Program-made: the position numbers and the translations under genes | In this document: positions 1 through 9,392 of the stretch, in pieces | Position numbering within the stretch: position 1 is the first letter of the stretch | How the letters are laid out: each line of letters begins with the position of its first letter | The notes under the pieces: model-generated | Seen by the model: the letters and a program-made list of their open reading frames with translations, nothing else | Databases searched by the model: none | What the model was told of the DNA's origin: nothing | Origin: Candidatus Eiseniibacteriota bacterium | GTDB taxonomy: Bacteria; Arandabacterota; Arandabacteria; Arandabacterales; Arandabacteraceae | Direction: 5' to 3' | NCBI GenBank assembly: GCA_043810925.1 | Contig: JBDRNT010000161.1 | Coordinates: 64,001 to 128,000 of the forward strand | Length of the DNA stretch: 64,000 nt

Positions 1-133
1 CGCCGGTCTCACTATAGGGCTTGACGCCTACGTTACCCTGATCATCCCGTGCAGTAACATAAAGGTCTCCGCGTTTCTCAAGCCAGTTTAAAAAAGAAAC
101 CAGATCCGAATCGGTCAGAAAGTGCGCTTCCAA
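1..133 (-). CDS. 5' part of a CDS running off the left edge (MEAHFLTDSDLVSFLNWLEKRGDLYV...); product uncertain, N-terminus loosely resembles AsrA/sulfhydrogenase beta-type Fe-S proteins
   Basis: TTG at 133 preceded by purine-rich SD (GGGGGAGGA); frame open to window edge; sigma70-like promoter upstream. Family guess is weak. Confidence 0.45.
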   Translation of the reverse strand, partial: MEAHFLTDSDLVSFLNWLEKRGDLYVTARDDQGNVGVKPYSETG

Positions 134-204
134 TCCTCCCCCTTCCTAACTGTCAATCCGTCGCTTGGTTCCGCCGTACCGACCCCCCGGCCACCGAATC
201 GGGA

Positions 205-233
205 AGGTTATAGATTCCGCGTCCTCTTGTCAA
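205..233 (-). promoter_or_regulatory. sigma70-type promoter
   Basis: TTGACA-N17-TAACCT on minus strand upstream of the partial CDS. Confidence 0.55.
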
Positions 234-308
234 GAAAAAAACCGGCGGCCGATCCCGGCATCAAAACCCGAGAATGATAACAAGACTGCGGTCGTTATGC
301 AAGGACAT

Positions 309-923
309 TCAGCTATCCTTTGTAAGTGACGCCCGAATTGCTCTGAGCTCGTCCAGCATCTCGCCTAGCAGGCCCGCAGAACCGGGATCAGCATCCGTCT
401 CAGAAGCGGTCGGCTTCATCGCCCCGCGAAACCCGCGCAGCCGGTCGAGCACCATCTGATGGACGTTCTCCCAGTCACCAAGCCCCGCAAGAGACGCCTC
501 ATACCCGGTCTCCCCGCTCTTGCCGGCAGTCTGGATTTTGATCGCACCGAGATTGACGGCATGCCGGTCAAGCAGGTCTCGGACCTCGACGATGTTTGTT
601 ACAGTCCTGTAGGGAATGGTCTTGACCACCTTCGTGACTATGCCCTTCCTCACGACGATCTCAGAGCCGGTAAGTTCATATGAGATCGATCTGAAGTAGG
701 GCGGGATAAGCGCCGCAAACAGAATCCATGTCACAATGCTGCAGAGGACAAAGACGCCCAGAAAGATGATTGCCCGGGTGTCCGACGGGCCGACGTCATT
801 GGCCGCCATTATCGCCAGCACGAAAATCAGAATCCCGGCGGCGATAATGCCGTAGACAATCCCTCCAACCATGAACATCTTGGATCTGTATTTCGGTGAC
901 GGCTTGAGTTGAGCTGTTTCCAT
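309..923 (-). CDS. Membrane protein with bacterial PH (bPH_2, YdbS-like) domain
   Basis: Two TM helices then Y.LT..EIVVRKGIV...TIPYRTVTNI...LGAIKIQTAG motif; start moved to ATG 923 (METAQ) with AGGGG SD. Confidence 0.8.
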   Translation of the reverse strand: METAQLKPSPKYRSKMFMVGGIVYGIIAAGILIFVLAIMAANDVGPSDTRAIIFLGVFVLCSIVTWILFAALIPPYFRSISYELTGSEIVVRKGIVTKVVKTIPYRTVTNIVEVRDLLDRHAVNLGAIKIQTAGKSGETGYEASLAGLGDWENVHQMVLDRLRGFRGAMKPTASETDADPGSAGLLGEMLDELRAIRASLTKDS

Positions 924-1093
924 ACTTCCGTATCCCCCTTGAATGTCGTGTGTTCGAAGCCAGATTAACATGCCCCTTGCTCCCGGACAAGCTCCTGATT
1001 GTCGCGGTCTGGCGGCGGTGGAACCCGATGTTACCGGGCTGCACGGTGGGGTCCCCATGGATCCAAACCCGGAGTCTCTCTCCAGAAAAGTCC

Positions 1094-1121
1094 TTGACAG
1101 GCCATACTTTCGGATTATACC
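1094..1121 (+). promoter_or_regulatory. possible sigma70 promoter for the cheB/cheR-kinase operon
   Basis: TTGACA-N16-TATACC. Confidence 0.35.
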
Positions 1122-1227
1122 GTTGGAATGGCAGTTGTCTTACTGTGCGCATGCGACTACGCCTGAATGCATCCGCGGAAGGGTAGTCGAAGACAGGCAT
1201 CTCAGTGCTGCAGCTGGCCGTGATTAG

Positions 1228-4200
1228 GTGGAGGTTTCATTGGCCGTTCGAAAGAGGGGGACTGCGCGGGCAGTGACCAAGAAGCCGATTGCCGGGAAGC
1301 GAGCAGGCAGAGCTCGCAAGACCCGTGAGCATGTCCCTCCACCCCCTCCAGATCGGGCGGCCTTCCCTGTTGTCGGCATAGGCGCTTCTGCCGGAGGGTT
1401 AAAAGCTCTCGAAGGATTCATGGCCCACATGCCGGACAACAGCGGTGTGGCCTTCGTAGTCATCCAGCACCTGGCTCCGACGCACAAGAGTCTTATGGGT
1501 TCCCTGCTGGCGAAATACACTTCAATGAGGATCATACCTATCGAAGACGGGGTGAGGATCGAACCGAACTGCATCTACCTCAATCCGCCCCATAAGAATG
1601 TGGCTCTGATCGATCGTGTTTTCACTTTGATCGAACCCGATGGACCTCATGCCGCCAACTTGCCGATTGACCACTTCCTCCGCTCTCTCGCTGAAGACCA
1701 GCGCGCTAAGGCGGTCTGTATTATTCTCTCAGGAACCGGAACCGACGGCACTCAGGGGCTGACAGCTGTCAAGGGTGAAGGTGGAACGGCGATGGCCCAG
1801 GAGGTGAGCCAGGCCCAGTATGACAGTATGCCGAGAAGCGCAATAAACACTGGACTTGTCGACTTTGTCTTGCCTGTGGAGAAGATGCCGGAGGCACTTC
1901 TCCAGTACACCACACATACCTACTTTGAGAGCCGTCGGACGTGCGCAACAGCCGAGAAGCAGGAATCGGCGGAGCCTCTGAGGAGAATACTCCATCTCAT
2001 TCGATCGGGGACAGGCCAGGATTTCACCAATTACAAGCAGACCACGATTCTCCGGAGGATAGAACGGCGGATGGCGGTTCACCAGATCATCAGAATGCAC
2101 GACTATGTCACTTATCTTAAACATGATCCGGAGGAGGTGGAAAAACTCTGCAGCGATATGCTCATCACGGTTACAAGATTCTTCAGGGATCCAGAGGCTT
2201 TTGAGATTCTCGAAAAGAAGGTGCTGCCGGATCTGCTTAAGGCACGGCCCTCCGGCATTCCTTTGCGGGTCTGGGTCCCCGGCTGCGGAACGGGCGAAGA
2301 AGCTTATTCCATAGCTATCCTGATTTCCGAAGCCATGACGAGACTGAGGAAGCATCGGGAAGTCCAGATTTTCGCAACTGACGTCGAGGCCGGTTCTATT
2401 GATCGGGCCCGTAGCGGCATATATCCGGAGAACATCGGCATCGATGTAACAGCCAGGAGGTTGAAGCGGTTTTTTGTCAAAGAGGACAGTACTTATAAGG
2501 TCAAGAGAGGGATTCGGGACATAGTGGTCTTTGCCGTTCAGAACCTTATCAAAGACCCGCCTTTTTCCAGAATCGACCTGCTGAGCTGCAGGAACGTTCT
2601 CATCTATCTGAACTCGAGCCTGCAGAAGAAGTTGCTGGCGCTCTTCTGTTACACTCTAACTCCGGATGGCTATCTGTTCCTCGGCCCCTCCGAGACAATC
2701 GGGGAATTCACCAGCGACCTGGTGGCCGTTGACGCGAAGTGGAGGATATACCGTTGCAGGTACGATGCCGCCAAGATAGCTGAGGGTTTTCCGTCCCCAC
2801 CGCCAAGCCTGGCCGAGACCGGGTCCGGCGGTGCAGTTGCAGCAATACCGCATGAGGGCACCCGTCACCAGCCCGTGTTGCGCCAGACCGCCGAAAAGGC
2901 AATCATTGAGAAATACGCTCCTCCTTGCGTCGTCATAGACGAGAAGTTCGAAATCCTCTATTTTCATGGAAGAACCGATAGGTATTTATCACCACCGGTT
3001 GGGGAACCCAGTTTCAACATCTTGAACATGGCTCCTGAAGGCATGCGACACATACTCACGACCGCGTTGCATGATGCAATCACGAAAAGAACGTCATCCG
3101 TTCACAAGGGTTTCCGGATAAGACAAGATGGGGTATCGGTGAGTTTGAATCTCGTCGTGACATGTCTTACGGACCCTCCGGCGATGAGGGGATTGGTGTT
3201 GGTCGGGTTTGAAGACGTGGCGGAGAGCAAGACCGAGCGCCGAAAGGCCAAGAAGGGGATCTCCGGCGATGGCCCAACCGCCCCGCACATCGAAGCTCTG
3301 GAGCGGGAATTGGCAGCTACCAGAGACCGCCTCGAGGCCACGATCGAAGAACTGGTCACCAGTAATGAGGAACTCAGATCGGCCAATGAAGAGTTGCAGT
3401 CTACGAATGAGGAACTGCAAAGCACCAACGAACAGATGGAGACCTCAAGAGAAGAATTGCAGTCGACAAACGAGGAACTCCACGCGGCGAACTCAGAGCT
3501 TCAGGGAAAAATAGCCGAACTCGGGCGTGCCCATGACGACCTGACCAACCTCCTTGCCAGCACGGGAATCGCAACCCTGTTCCTGGACAGGGACCTCTGT
3601 ATAAGGAGTTACACGCCTGCTGTGAGAAGGTTTTTCAGCCTTATTGATAGTGACGTGGGAAGACCGGTCAGCGATATTGTCCACAAGTTCGAATACGCTT
3701 CTCTTGTTGAAGACTCCAGGAATGTCCTTGCGACTTTTCAACGCGTGGAGAGAAGGGTACAAACCACAGAGCACAACTGGTTCAAGGTGAACATTGTGCC
3801 TTACCGGACACTGGAGAACATAGTTGATGGAGTCGTGTTGACCTTCGTTGATATCTCCCAACTCGTACTGGCCGCTGAGGAGAGCGCAGGGGCCCTAGCA
3901 TTCAAAGCAGCCGTCGTTGATACCGTGCGCGAGCCTCTGGTGGTGTTGGATCAGGATCTGAAGGTTGTCTACGCAAGTCGGTCCTTCTATGACACATTCA
4001 TGGTATCGCCACGGACCACGGAGGGACATTCAATACGCGAGCTGGGCAGCGGACAGTGGGCGATTCCCAAGCTGCTGGAGATGCTGGAGGCCGTTCTGGC
4101 GGAGAACACGGTTTTCAGTGACTTCGAGGTCGCGCATGACTTCCCCGATATCGGGCGCAAGACCATGTTGCTGAATGCGCGACAGCTGGCTACCTCGCCG

Positions 4201-4251
4201 GTTCGGGAAGGTGCCATGATTCTCATGGCCATCGAGGACATCACGGACTGA
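1228..4251 (+). CDS. cheB/cheR: CheB methylesterase / CheR methyltransferase fusion with coiled coil and PAS domains
   Basis: CheB triad motifs GIGASAGG, IQH, LSGTGTDG; CheR motifs RVWVPGCGTGEEAYS and CRNVLIY; (NEELQST)n heptads; C-terminal PAS. True start may be TTG 1240. Confidence 0.93.
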   Translation: MEVSLAVRKRGTARAVTKKPIAGKRAGRARKTREHVPPPPPDRAAFPVVGIGASAGGLKALEGFMAHMPDNSGVAFVVIQHLAPTHKSLMGSLLAKYTSMRIIPIEDGVRIEPNCIYLNPPHKNVALIDRVFTLIEPDGPHAANLPIDHFLRSLAEDQRAKAVCIILSGTGTDGTQGLTAVKGEGGTAMAQEVSQAQYDSMPRSAINTGLVDFVLPVEKMPEALLQYTTHTYFESRRTCATAEKQESAEPLRRILHLIRSGTGQDFTNYKQTTILRRIERRMAVHQIIRMHDYVTYLKHDPEEVEKLCSDMLITVTRFFRDPEAFEILEKKVLPDLLKARPSGIPLRVWVPGCGTGEEAYSIAILISEAMTRLRKHREVQIFATDVEAGSIDRARSGIYPENIGIDVTARRLKRFFVKEDSTYKVKRGIRDIVVFAVQNLIKDPPFSRIDLLSCRNVLIYLNSSLQKKLLALFCYTLTPDGYLFLGPSETIGEFTSDLVAVDAKWRIYRCRYDAAKIAEGFPSPPPSLAETGSGGAVAAIPHEGTRHQPVLRQTAEKAIIEKYAPPCVVIDEKFEILYFHGRTDRYLSPPVGEPSFNILNMAPEGMRHILTTALHDAITKRTSSVHKGFRIRQDGVSVSLNLVVTCLTDPPAMRGLVLVGFEDVAESKTERRKAKKGISGDGPTAPHIEALERELAATRDRLEATIEELVTSNEELRSANEELQSTNEELQSTNEQMETSREELQSTNEELHAANSELQGKIAELGRAHDDLTNLLASTGIATLFLDRDLCIRSYTPAVRRFFSLIDSDVGRPVSDIVHKFEYASLVEDSRNVLATFQRVERRVQTTEHNWFKVNIVPYRTLENIVDGVVLTFVDISQLVLAAEESAGALAFKAAVVDTVREPLVVLDQDLKVVYASRSFYDTFMVSPRTTEGHSIRELGSGQWAIPKLLEMLEAVLAENTVFSDFEVAHDFPDIGRKTMLLNARQLATSPVREGAMILMAIEDITD

Positions 4252-4316
4252 TAGCCGCACCCACGCGGGCAGTGATCTTAGGATAAGACGGAGCTGGGCG
4301 CACGGAGAAGGCCCGT

Positions 4317-4883
4317 AGGAGGCAGACCGATGGCCGAGTCCAGGGGCGGATCGCCTAAGAACAGCAATCTCAGAGGCCGTGCCGAGCAGAAGATGAAAGA
4401 GGGGACTGCTCAATCCGCCGGCGGCTCTCGAGTCACAGAGCATGAGCTGATTCATGAGTTGGAAGTTCACCAGCTGGAACTTGAAATGCAGAATGAAGAG
4501 CTCCGCAGAGCACAGCTGGAACTCGAAATCTCGCGTGCCAAGTACTTCAGTCTGTTCGATCTCGCCCCGGTCGGATACTTCACGATCAGTGAGAAGGAGA
4601 TAATTCTCGAGGCGAACCTCACAGGTGCCGCCCTGTTGGGTGTGGCGAGGCGTGATCTGATTAACGTGAGATTCACCGCCTGGGTCAGCGAAGATAGTCA
4701 TCAATGCGTCCACGCACACTGGAAGCGCGTTTTAGAGAGCCGCACTGCGGAGGCCTGCGAAGTGAAGCTGCGCAGGGCGGATGGAACCGTGTTTCACGCT
4801 CAACTGACCAGCGAAGTCGGCCGGGACCCCGACGGTCACTCAACCCAGTGTAGAACGGCGGTAGTCGACATCACCGATCGCAG
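4317..4883 (+). repeat. 567-bp inverted repeat, copy A (SD plus first ~185 codons of kinase)
   Basis: Reverse complement of 6371-6937, about 24 mismatches by manual alignment. Confidence 0.95.
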
Positions 4884-5604
4884 GCATATGGAGGCGGCAC
4901 TCCGGGAGTCTGAGAAGCTGGCCGCAGCCGGTCGGATGGCCGTCCGGATCGCCCATGAGATCAACAATCCACTTGCCGGAATCAAGAATTCGTTCCTGCT
5001 TGTGAAGGACATTGTTGATGAAGAACATCCGCACTATGCATATGTGGGTATGATTCAAAACGAGATCGACAGGATTGCCGATATAGTCCGCAAGATGTTC
5101 GACCTGTACGGCCCGGATAGTAGAAAGATTGAGAAGGTATCGATTGACCGGGCCATCCGTGAGGTCGTTGCTATGCAGTGCGGCAACGCGCGAGTGCACG
5201 GGGTTGAGATAGAACTCGAGTGTCCTCGATTCCCCGTCAATGCCATGCTACCTGCGGGCCATTTGAAACAGGTCTTGCTTAACGTAATCAACAACGCAGT
5301 GGAGGCGTCGGAAGCCGGCGGTGTGATCACGGTGACTCTGGTTGCAGATCAGAGTGCCATCATAAGAGTGCGGGACGAGGGTGGCGGCATCCAGGCCGGC
5401 ATAGGTGATCGCATATTCGAGCCGTTCTTCACCACTAAACAATCCGGAACGATGAGTGGGTTGGGCCTCGGCCTTTCGATCTCCAGGAGTATGGTCGAGG
5501 GAATGGGAGGGACCATCGGCTACGAGATCGTACCTTCGGGGGGAACTGTATTCACGATAACGCTGCCCCTCAAGGGAAGATCAGGAGAAGTCCGGAGCAG
5601 TTGA
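4330..5604 (+). CDS. PAS sensor histidine kinase (NtrB-like core)
   Basis: H-box IAHEINNPL, N-box QVLLNVINNA, G boxes [28 protein letters not shown]. Confidence 0.92.
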   Translation: MAESRGGSPKNSNLRGRAEQKMKEGTAQSAGGSRVTEHELIHELEVHQLELEMQNEELRRAQLELEISRAKYFSLFDLAPVGYFTISEKEIILEANLTGAALLGVARRDLINVRFTAWVSEDSHQCVHAHWKRVLESRTAEACEVKLRRADGTVFHAQLTSEVGRDPDGHSTQCRTAVVDITDRRHMEAALRESEKLAAAGRMAVRIAHEINNPLAGIKNSFLLVKDIVDEEHPHYAYVGMIQNEIDRIADIVRKMFDLYGPDSRKIEKVSIDRAIREVVAMQCGNARVHGVEIELECPRFPVNAMLPAGHLKQVLLNVINNAVEASEAGGVITVTLVADQSAIIRVRDEGGGIQAGIGDRIFEPFFTTKQSGTMSGLGLGLSISRSMVEGMGGTIGYEIVPSGGTVFTITLPLKGRSGEVRSS

Positions 5605-6924
5605 CGTCTGCGGGGCTGCTGCATCGTCCGTGAGCTGCGGTGGGGCCACTTCAGGCATCACCGGAAGCGTGAAGTAAAAAGTCGAACCTTTGCCGGGCTT
5701 TGATTCCACCCATATTCTCCCGCCATGACGCTTAATGATCTTCATACAGATGGCAAGGCCCATACCGGTACCAGGGTACGTATCATCGGGGTTCAATCGC
5801 TGGGAGACAAGGAATATGCGGTCTTTGCATTCCGGATCTATACCAATACCGTTATCACGCATCGAAAAGACCCACTCTCCATCATCTCGCGCGGCAGAGA
5901 TGTGAACACGTGGCCGTTCCAGGCCGCGAAACTTGATGGCATTGCCGATGAGATTCTGAAAGACCGAGACGATCTGGTCCTTATCGGCCATAATCCGTGG
6001 TAGGGAATCATGCTTGATTTCGGCCCGCGATTCCTCTATCGCCGCTTTGAGATTGAAGAGCGTCTCCTCCAGGATGGTCCCGCAATCGGCGGGTTCGAGG
6101 CGGATGTGAAGCGCCCCCGCATGGGAGTAGTGCAGCAGTCCTTCGACCAGAGCTTCCATCCGCCTGGCACCATCGACTGCATATCCTATAAACTCATCGG
6201 CATCCGCGCCCAGCCTGCCCTTGTAGCGCTTCTTGAGCAGTTGCATGAAGCATGAGACCGTTCGCAGGGGCTCCCTGAGATCGTGTGACGCCATGTGAGC
6301 AAAGCGCTCCAGCTCGATATTGGAACATTTCAGCTCCTCGTTGGCCACCTCAAGGTCGTCCAGGATTCTTCTGCGATCGGTGATGTCGACTACCGCCGTT
6401 CTACACTGGGTTAAGTCACCGTCGGGGTCCCGGCCGACTTCGCTGGTCAGTTGAGCGTGAAACACGGTTCCATCCGCCCTGCGCAGCTTCACTTCGCAGG
6501 CCTCCGCAGTGCGGCTCGCGAAAACCTGCTTCCGGTGTGCGTAGACACTCTGATGACTATCTTCGCTGACCCAGGCCGTGAATCTCCTGTTAATCAGATC
6601 CCACCTCGCCACACCCAACATGGCGGCGCCTGTGAGGTTCGCCTCGAGAATTATCCCCTTCTCACTGATCGTGAAGTATCCGACCGGGGCGAGATCGAAC
6701 AGACTGAAGTACTTGGCACGCGAGATTTCGAGTTCCAGATGTGCTCTGCGGAGCTCTTCATTCTGCATCTCAAGTTCTAGCTGGTGAACTTCCAATTCAT
6801 GAATCAGCTCATGCTCTGTGACTCGAGAGCCGCCGGCGGATTGAGCAGTCCCCTCTTTCATCTTCTGCTCGGCACGGCCTCTGAGATTGCTGTTCTTAGG
6901 CGATCCGCCCCTGGACTCGGCCAT
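5581..6924 (-). CDS. PAS sensor histidine kinase (Cph1-type core)
   Basis: H-box ASHDLREPL, NLIGNAIKF, DNGIGID, GTGMGLAI; N-terminus nearly identical to 4330..5604. Confidence 0.92.
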   Translation of the reverse strand: MAESRGGSPKNSNLRGRAEQKMKEGTAQSAGGSRVTEHELIHELEVHQLELEMQNEELRRAHLELEISRAKYFSLFDLAPVGYFTISEKGIILEANLTGAAMLGVARWDLINRRFTAWVSEDSHQSVYAHRKQVFASRTAEACEVKLRRADGTVFHAQLTSEVGRDPDGDLTQCRTAVVDITDRRRILDDLEVANEELKCSNIELERFAHMASHDLREPLRTVSCFMQLLKKRYKGRLGADADEFIGYAVDGARRMEALVEGLLHYSHAGALHIRLEPADCGTILEETLFNLKAAIEESRAEIKHDSLPRIMADKDQIVSVFQNLIGNAIKFRGLERPRVHISAARDDGEWVFSMRDNGIGIDPECKDRIFLVSQRLNPDDTYPGTGMGLAICMKIIKRHGGRIWVESKPGKGSTFYFTLPVMPEVAPPQLTDDAAAPQTSTAPDFS

Positions 6925-6937
6925 CGGTCAGCCTCCT
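6371..6937 (-). repeat. 567-bp inverted repeat, copy B
   Basis: Reverse complement of 4317-4883. Confidence 0.95.
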
Positions 6938-7050
6938 GCCTGAAGCCGCCCATTGAGCGGAATGACACTCCAGCCGGCGGAATTGAATGCGGGATGAGCT
7001 GAGGAGCAAACACGTGAAATCGAACAAGCTGCGGATCTGCAGTTATGCCC

Positions 7051-7100
7051 CATGACAACCTCCAGGATAAGGAATCGGCAGAGAGTGGGTCCGGCATTAG
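7051..7100 (-). promoter_or_regulatory. sigma28-like promoter + RBS cassette, copy 1
   Basis: CTAAT-N16-GCCGATTC-N8-GGAGGTTGTCATG. Confidence 0.65.
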
Positions 7101-7443
7101 GGGAAAATGCATGTTTACCGGACTATATTTCAGGAAGAGCAAGGTCCACCCCACCATACGGCAGTTGACTATAGAGGGGGAACCGTTGAGCACAACCTGC
7201 GCATCACGTCACGCTAACCTACGACCGTCTGATCGCCGGGTAATGAGTTGGCTCGCCTGGTTGACAACAGGGGGAATAGGTCTAAGGGCCAGCGGAGATT
7301 CCGTGCTTGGCCGTGCTCCAACAGCGCCCGGCACACCACCGACTGCCTCCTGTGCCGGAAGCAAGTGTGAGCGCGACCACGCCCCTGGGACCACTGCTGT
7401 GGTTCGTGTGCCCGGAACCTCCGCCTCTGTGCATAAGCTCGAC

Positions 7444-9345
7444 TCACACGCGCGGACTGCTGCCGAACATCTCAGCGCGTGCCTTGCTTGATTCCAGTAT
7501 TCTCCGGATCACCCGGAGTACTTCTCTTATGTTGAAAGGCTTGCGCAAGAACTCAAAACCTTTCTCGCATGTTATGACCCATTGTGCTTCCTCATCCATA
7601 TAACCGCTGGTCAGGAGCACCGGGAGATCAGGCTTAAGAGCGAGCAGCCGTTCCGCCAGTCTTATCCCGTCTTCATCCGGCAGCACGACATCGCTGAAGA
7701 GGAGGTCGAACTCACCGTTTTCTCTCCGGAAGATCGCAAGCGCCTCGTTGGACCCCGGCGCGTCGATAGGAACATAGCCGCTTTCCGACAGCACGGCTGT
7801 GACCATCTCGCGGATCTCATCCTCATCCTCGACGACCAGGATGCGTTCACCCTGTCCACGTACATCGCTTATCCCAACCGGGGAGTCATCCGCCCTTTCA
7901 GACATTATCGAAACCGCCGGGAGGTAGATTTTGAAAGTCGAGCCCCGTCCCGGCTCGCTGTAGACGCTGATCCAGCCTTCATGCTGTTTGACGAGACCCT
8001 GTGCCACTGAAAGTCCGAGACCGGATGCGTTCTCCGCACGTCTCGTGGTGAAGAACGGTTCGAAGATCTGCTGGACGGCCTCCTTCTTGATTCCGGTTCC
8101 CTCGTCCGTGATCGACACACATACAAACTTGCCGGCCCTGGCACCCGGAACCAGCTCCCATTCTCCTTCCCTGAAAGTCACATTCTCGGTCTTGATTCTG
8201 ATATGTCCGCCTTCGGACATCGCATCCCTGGCGTTGATCATCAGGTTCATGATCACCTGCTCGATGCCGGACCCATCAGCTTGCACCGTCCAGAGATCGG
8301 GCTCCAGGCTGGCATTGACCTCTATGTCGTCACCGGCGAAGTGGCCGAGCAACTTGAGCATCCTGTGTGTTGTTATATTCAGGTCTATCGGACTCACCTT
8401 GACCGGGTGCCGCTCGCTCAAGAGGAGTAGCTGACGCGAGAGATTGACCGAACGGACGCATGCGTCATGTATGTGTTGTATGGTCTTGTCGAGTGACGCA
8501 TCCCCGTGTTCACGGATCGTGGCCATCCAGATGTTCAGCTCATGCGCTATCTGTCCGGCCAGTATTCCGATGTCCTCCATCTTCTCACCTCGAAGGAGCT
8601 GGACCTGCATCTTCTGACGTTCGTCTCCCGATTCCTGCCGTGCTGTGTCCACCTTGCTCAACCGTGCAGCCTGGATCGGCCCCAGGTAGCCGCTAACGGA
8701 CCCGAGGAGTTCCAGATCCGTGTCGTCGTAATCAGCAGGCTTGTTTCCCACCGTGAGAAGCCCGATCGTTTCGTTCTCATGAATGACAGGGGCCACGAGA
8801 GCTCTTTCCAGCTGGATATATCCCTCAGTCACCTGCGACGTTTGGTTGGTACACTGGGTATCTTTCTCAAGTAGAGCCCGGTTCCACAGGTCTCCCCAGT
8901 CCTTGCGGGGAAACACCCGGGTCTTAGCAACAGTATCACCCCGCCCCTCCCCCTCGGCTCTTAGGGATGGGCATGCAAGGTCACCGTCCCTGTTCACATA
9001 GCCGAGGAGCCCGTCCTTGCTCCCGGTGGCATCCAGGACTACCTGCAGGGCTTCCTGATAAACATTCTCTTCAGGCTTTGTGAGGAAGATCTCAGCAATC
9101 TGATTTCTGAGTGCCGTGGCCCGTTCGGCGCGCTGGGAAGAGTCCCTTGCACGTCGTGACTTAACCAGCGTTCTGTATGCCACAACGCCGAATACCGCCG
9201 GGATCGTATAGCCGGGGAGATTGCTGACCAGCCATTGCCATGCCGAGGCTTCCGGCCGCAAGAGCGGAGCAAGTACCACGTGCAGGCCATAGATGGACGC
9301 AGCAACAGATATACCGACTATGATGAGCTTGTGCTCATCTTTCAT
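7444..9345 (-). CDS. Hybrid histidine kinase (2 TM, GAF, kinase, receiver)
   Basis: IAHELN H-box (shortened), QVIMNLMINARDAM, FEPFFTT, receiver LLFSDVVLP. Confidence 0.88.
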   Translation of the reverse strand: MKDEHKLIIVGISVAASIYGLHVVLAPLLRPEASAWQWLVSNLPGYTIPAVFGVVAYRTLVKSRRARDSSQRAERATALRNQIAEIFLTKPEENVYQEALQVVLDATGSKDGLLGYVNRDGDLACPSLRAEGEGRGDTVAKTRVFPRKDWGDLWNRALLEKDTQCTNQTSQVTEGYIQLERALVAPVIHENETIGLLTVGNKPADYDDTDLELLGSVSGYLGPIQAARLSKVDTARQESGDERQKMQVQLLRGEKMEDIGILAGQIAHELNIWMATIREHGDASLDKTIQHIHDACVRSVNLSRQLLLLSERHPVKVSPIDLNITTHRMLKLLGHFAGDDIEVNASLEPDLWTVQADGSGIEQVIMNLMINARDAMSEGGHIRIKTENVTFREGEWELVPGARAGKFVCVSITDEGTGIKKEAVQQIFEPFFTTRRAENASGLGLSVAQGLVKQHEGWISVYSEPGRGSTFKIYLPAVSIMSERADDSPVGISDVRGQGERILVVEDEDEIREMVTAVLSESGYVPIDAPGSNEALAIFRRENGEFDLLFSDVVLPDEDGIRLAERLLALKPDLPVLLTSGYMDEEAQWVITCEKGFEFLRKPFNIREVLRVIRRILESSKARAEMFGSSPRV

Positions 9346-9392
9346 GACGACCTCCGACTGTAGTTATCGGCAGGAACCGGGTCTGACGTTAG
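9343..9392 (-). promoter_or_regulatory. sigma28-like promoter + RBS cassette, copy 2
   Basis: CTAAC-N16-GCCGATAA-N8-GGAGGTCGTCATG. Confidence 0.7.

Noticed and set aside
3355-3500. 21-nt periodic repeats as a possible array
   Set aside because: They encode the NEELQST coiled-coil heptads usual in CheB/CheR fusions.
4317-6937. Insertion sequence or pure assembly artefact explaining the inverted repeat
   Set aside because: There is no transposase, the repeat is kinase coding sequence, and the copies differ at about 24 positions with both frames intact. Read-level confirmation is still advisable.
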